Assembly: GCF_006345805.1 (NCBI RefSeq)
Contig: NW_021829101.1
Location: 1-6,957, forward strand
Reading direction: 5' to 3'
Length of the DNA stretch: 6,957 nucleotides
Origin: Octopus sinensis
Lineage: Eukaryota
The stretch's first letter is position 1. Each line of letters opens with the position of its first letter. This document shows, piece after piece, positions 6,348 to 6,957 of this stretch. Both the position numbers and the translations under genes were made by a program. The notes under the pieces are model-generated. The model had not been told where the DNA came from. It did no database searches and was given only the letters and a program-made list of their open reading frames with translations.

Positions 6348-6653
6348 TACACTAAATGCTCCACTATATTAAATTATAAATTGAAAGATTTGTCCTTCAA
6401 TTTATGATGAGTAAAATTTCATAAAGTCCATGAAAAAGAGACTCTTCTGTTACAAATGACAGAATACAAACCGACAACTACTGAGTCTGATCTTCAACTG
6501 ATTTAGTCTAATATCTCACTGATTAAATAAATATTAAGTTTTATCACACAGGAGCAACTGGTTCCACAAATCAAAGTGAAATGGTTTCATTCAAATATTA
6601 GAATATCCTTTGTTCAATGTTGTATTTTCCAAAAATCAAAGCATGTGTAGAAC

Positions 6654-6670
6654 TGTGTGTGTGTGTGTGT

Positions 6671-6716
<46 letters not shown>

Positions 6717-6806
6717 AATACAGTCCATACTTGAAAAAGAGACTTTCTTGTGTTGAATTTACCAATACATACATACATACATCTATATATATATATATAT
6801 ATATTA

Positions 6807-6858
<52 letters not shown>
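6654..6858. repeat. Microsatellite cluster (TG)n, (ATAC)n, (TA)n, (AG)n
   Basis: TG at 6654-6714, ATAC at 6765-6782, imperfect TA at 6784-6836 and AG at 6837-6858. Confidence 0.97.
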
Positions 6859-6860
<2 letters not shown>

Positions 6861-6957
6861 AAGAAAGTTGGTTTGTGAAAGCACGTGGTTGAATATATAG
6901 AAAATAGTAAGAAGTGAAAAAACTACAGAAGCTTAAAGGTTAAAAAAATATATATAT

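Noticed and set aside
6530-6650. Possible exon after TTTTATCACACAG
   Set aside because: No convincing downstream donor site and no recognisable peptide.

Overview
AT-rich, repeat-dominated eukaryotic DNA, probably intronic or intergenic. The SINE family and microsatellite content suggest an Octopus (cephalopod) genome; this is recognition from memory, not a search. No intact host CDS is evident. In order, the window holds: a decayed full-length DD34D mariner (81-1360); a minus-strand reverse transcriptase remnant of an R4/Dong-like non-LTR retrotransposon (2031-2479); an internally deleted pogo/Tigger-like transposase remnant with a decayed PIP-box-like motif (2560-3142); two copies of a tRNA-derived SINE (3363-3734 and 5935-6347); and many microsatellites. 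The main finding is a non-coding ~820 bp element (4162-4982) bounded by (TA)n. It has a near-identical 78/79-nt direct repeat, several hairpins and a well-formed type I hammerhead ribozyme on the minus strand (4385-4321) whose stem III is a perfect 12-nt palindrome. A second, degenerate hammerhead-like core lies on the plus strand. This fits a non-autonomous Penelope-like or retrozyme-type self-cleaving retroelement.
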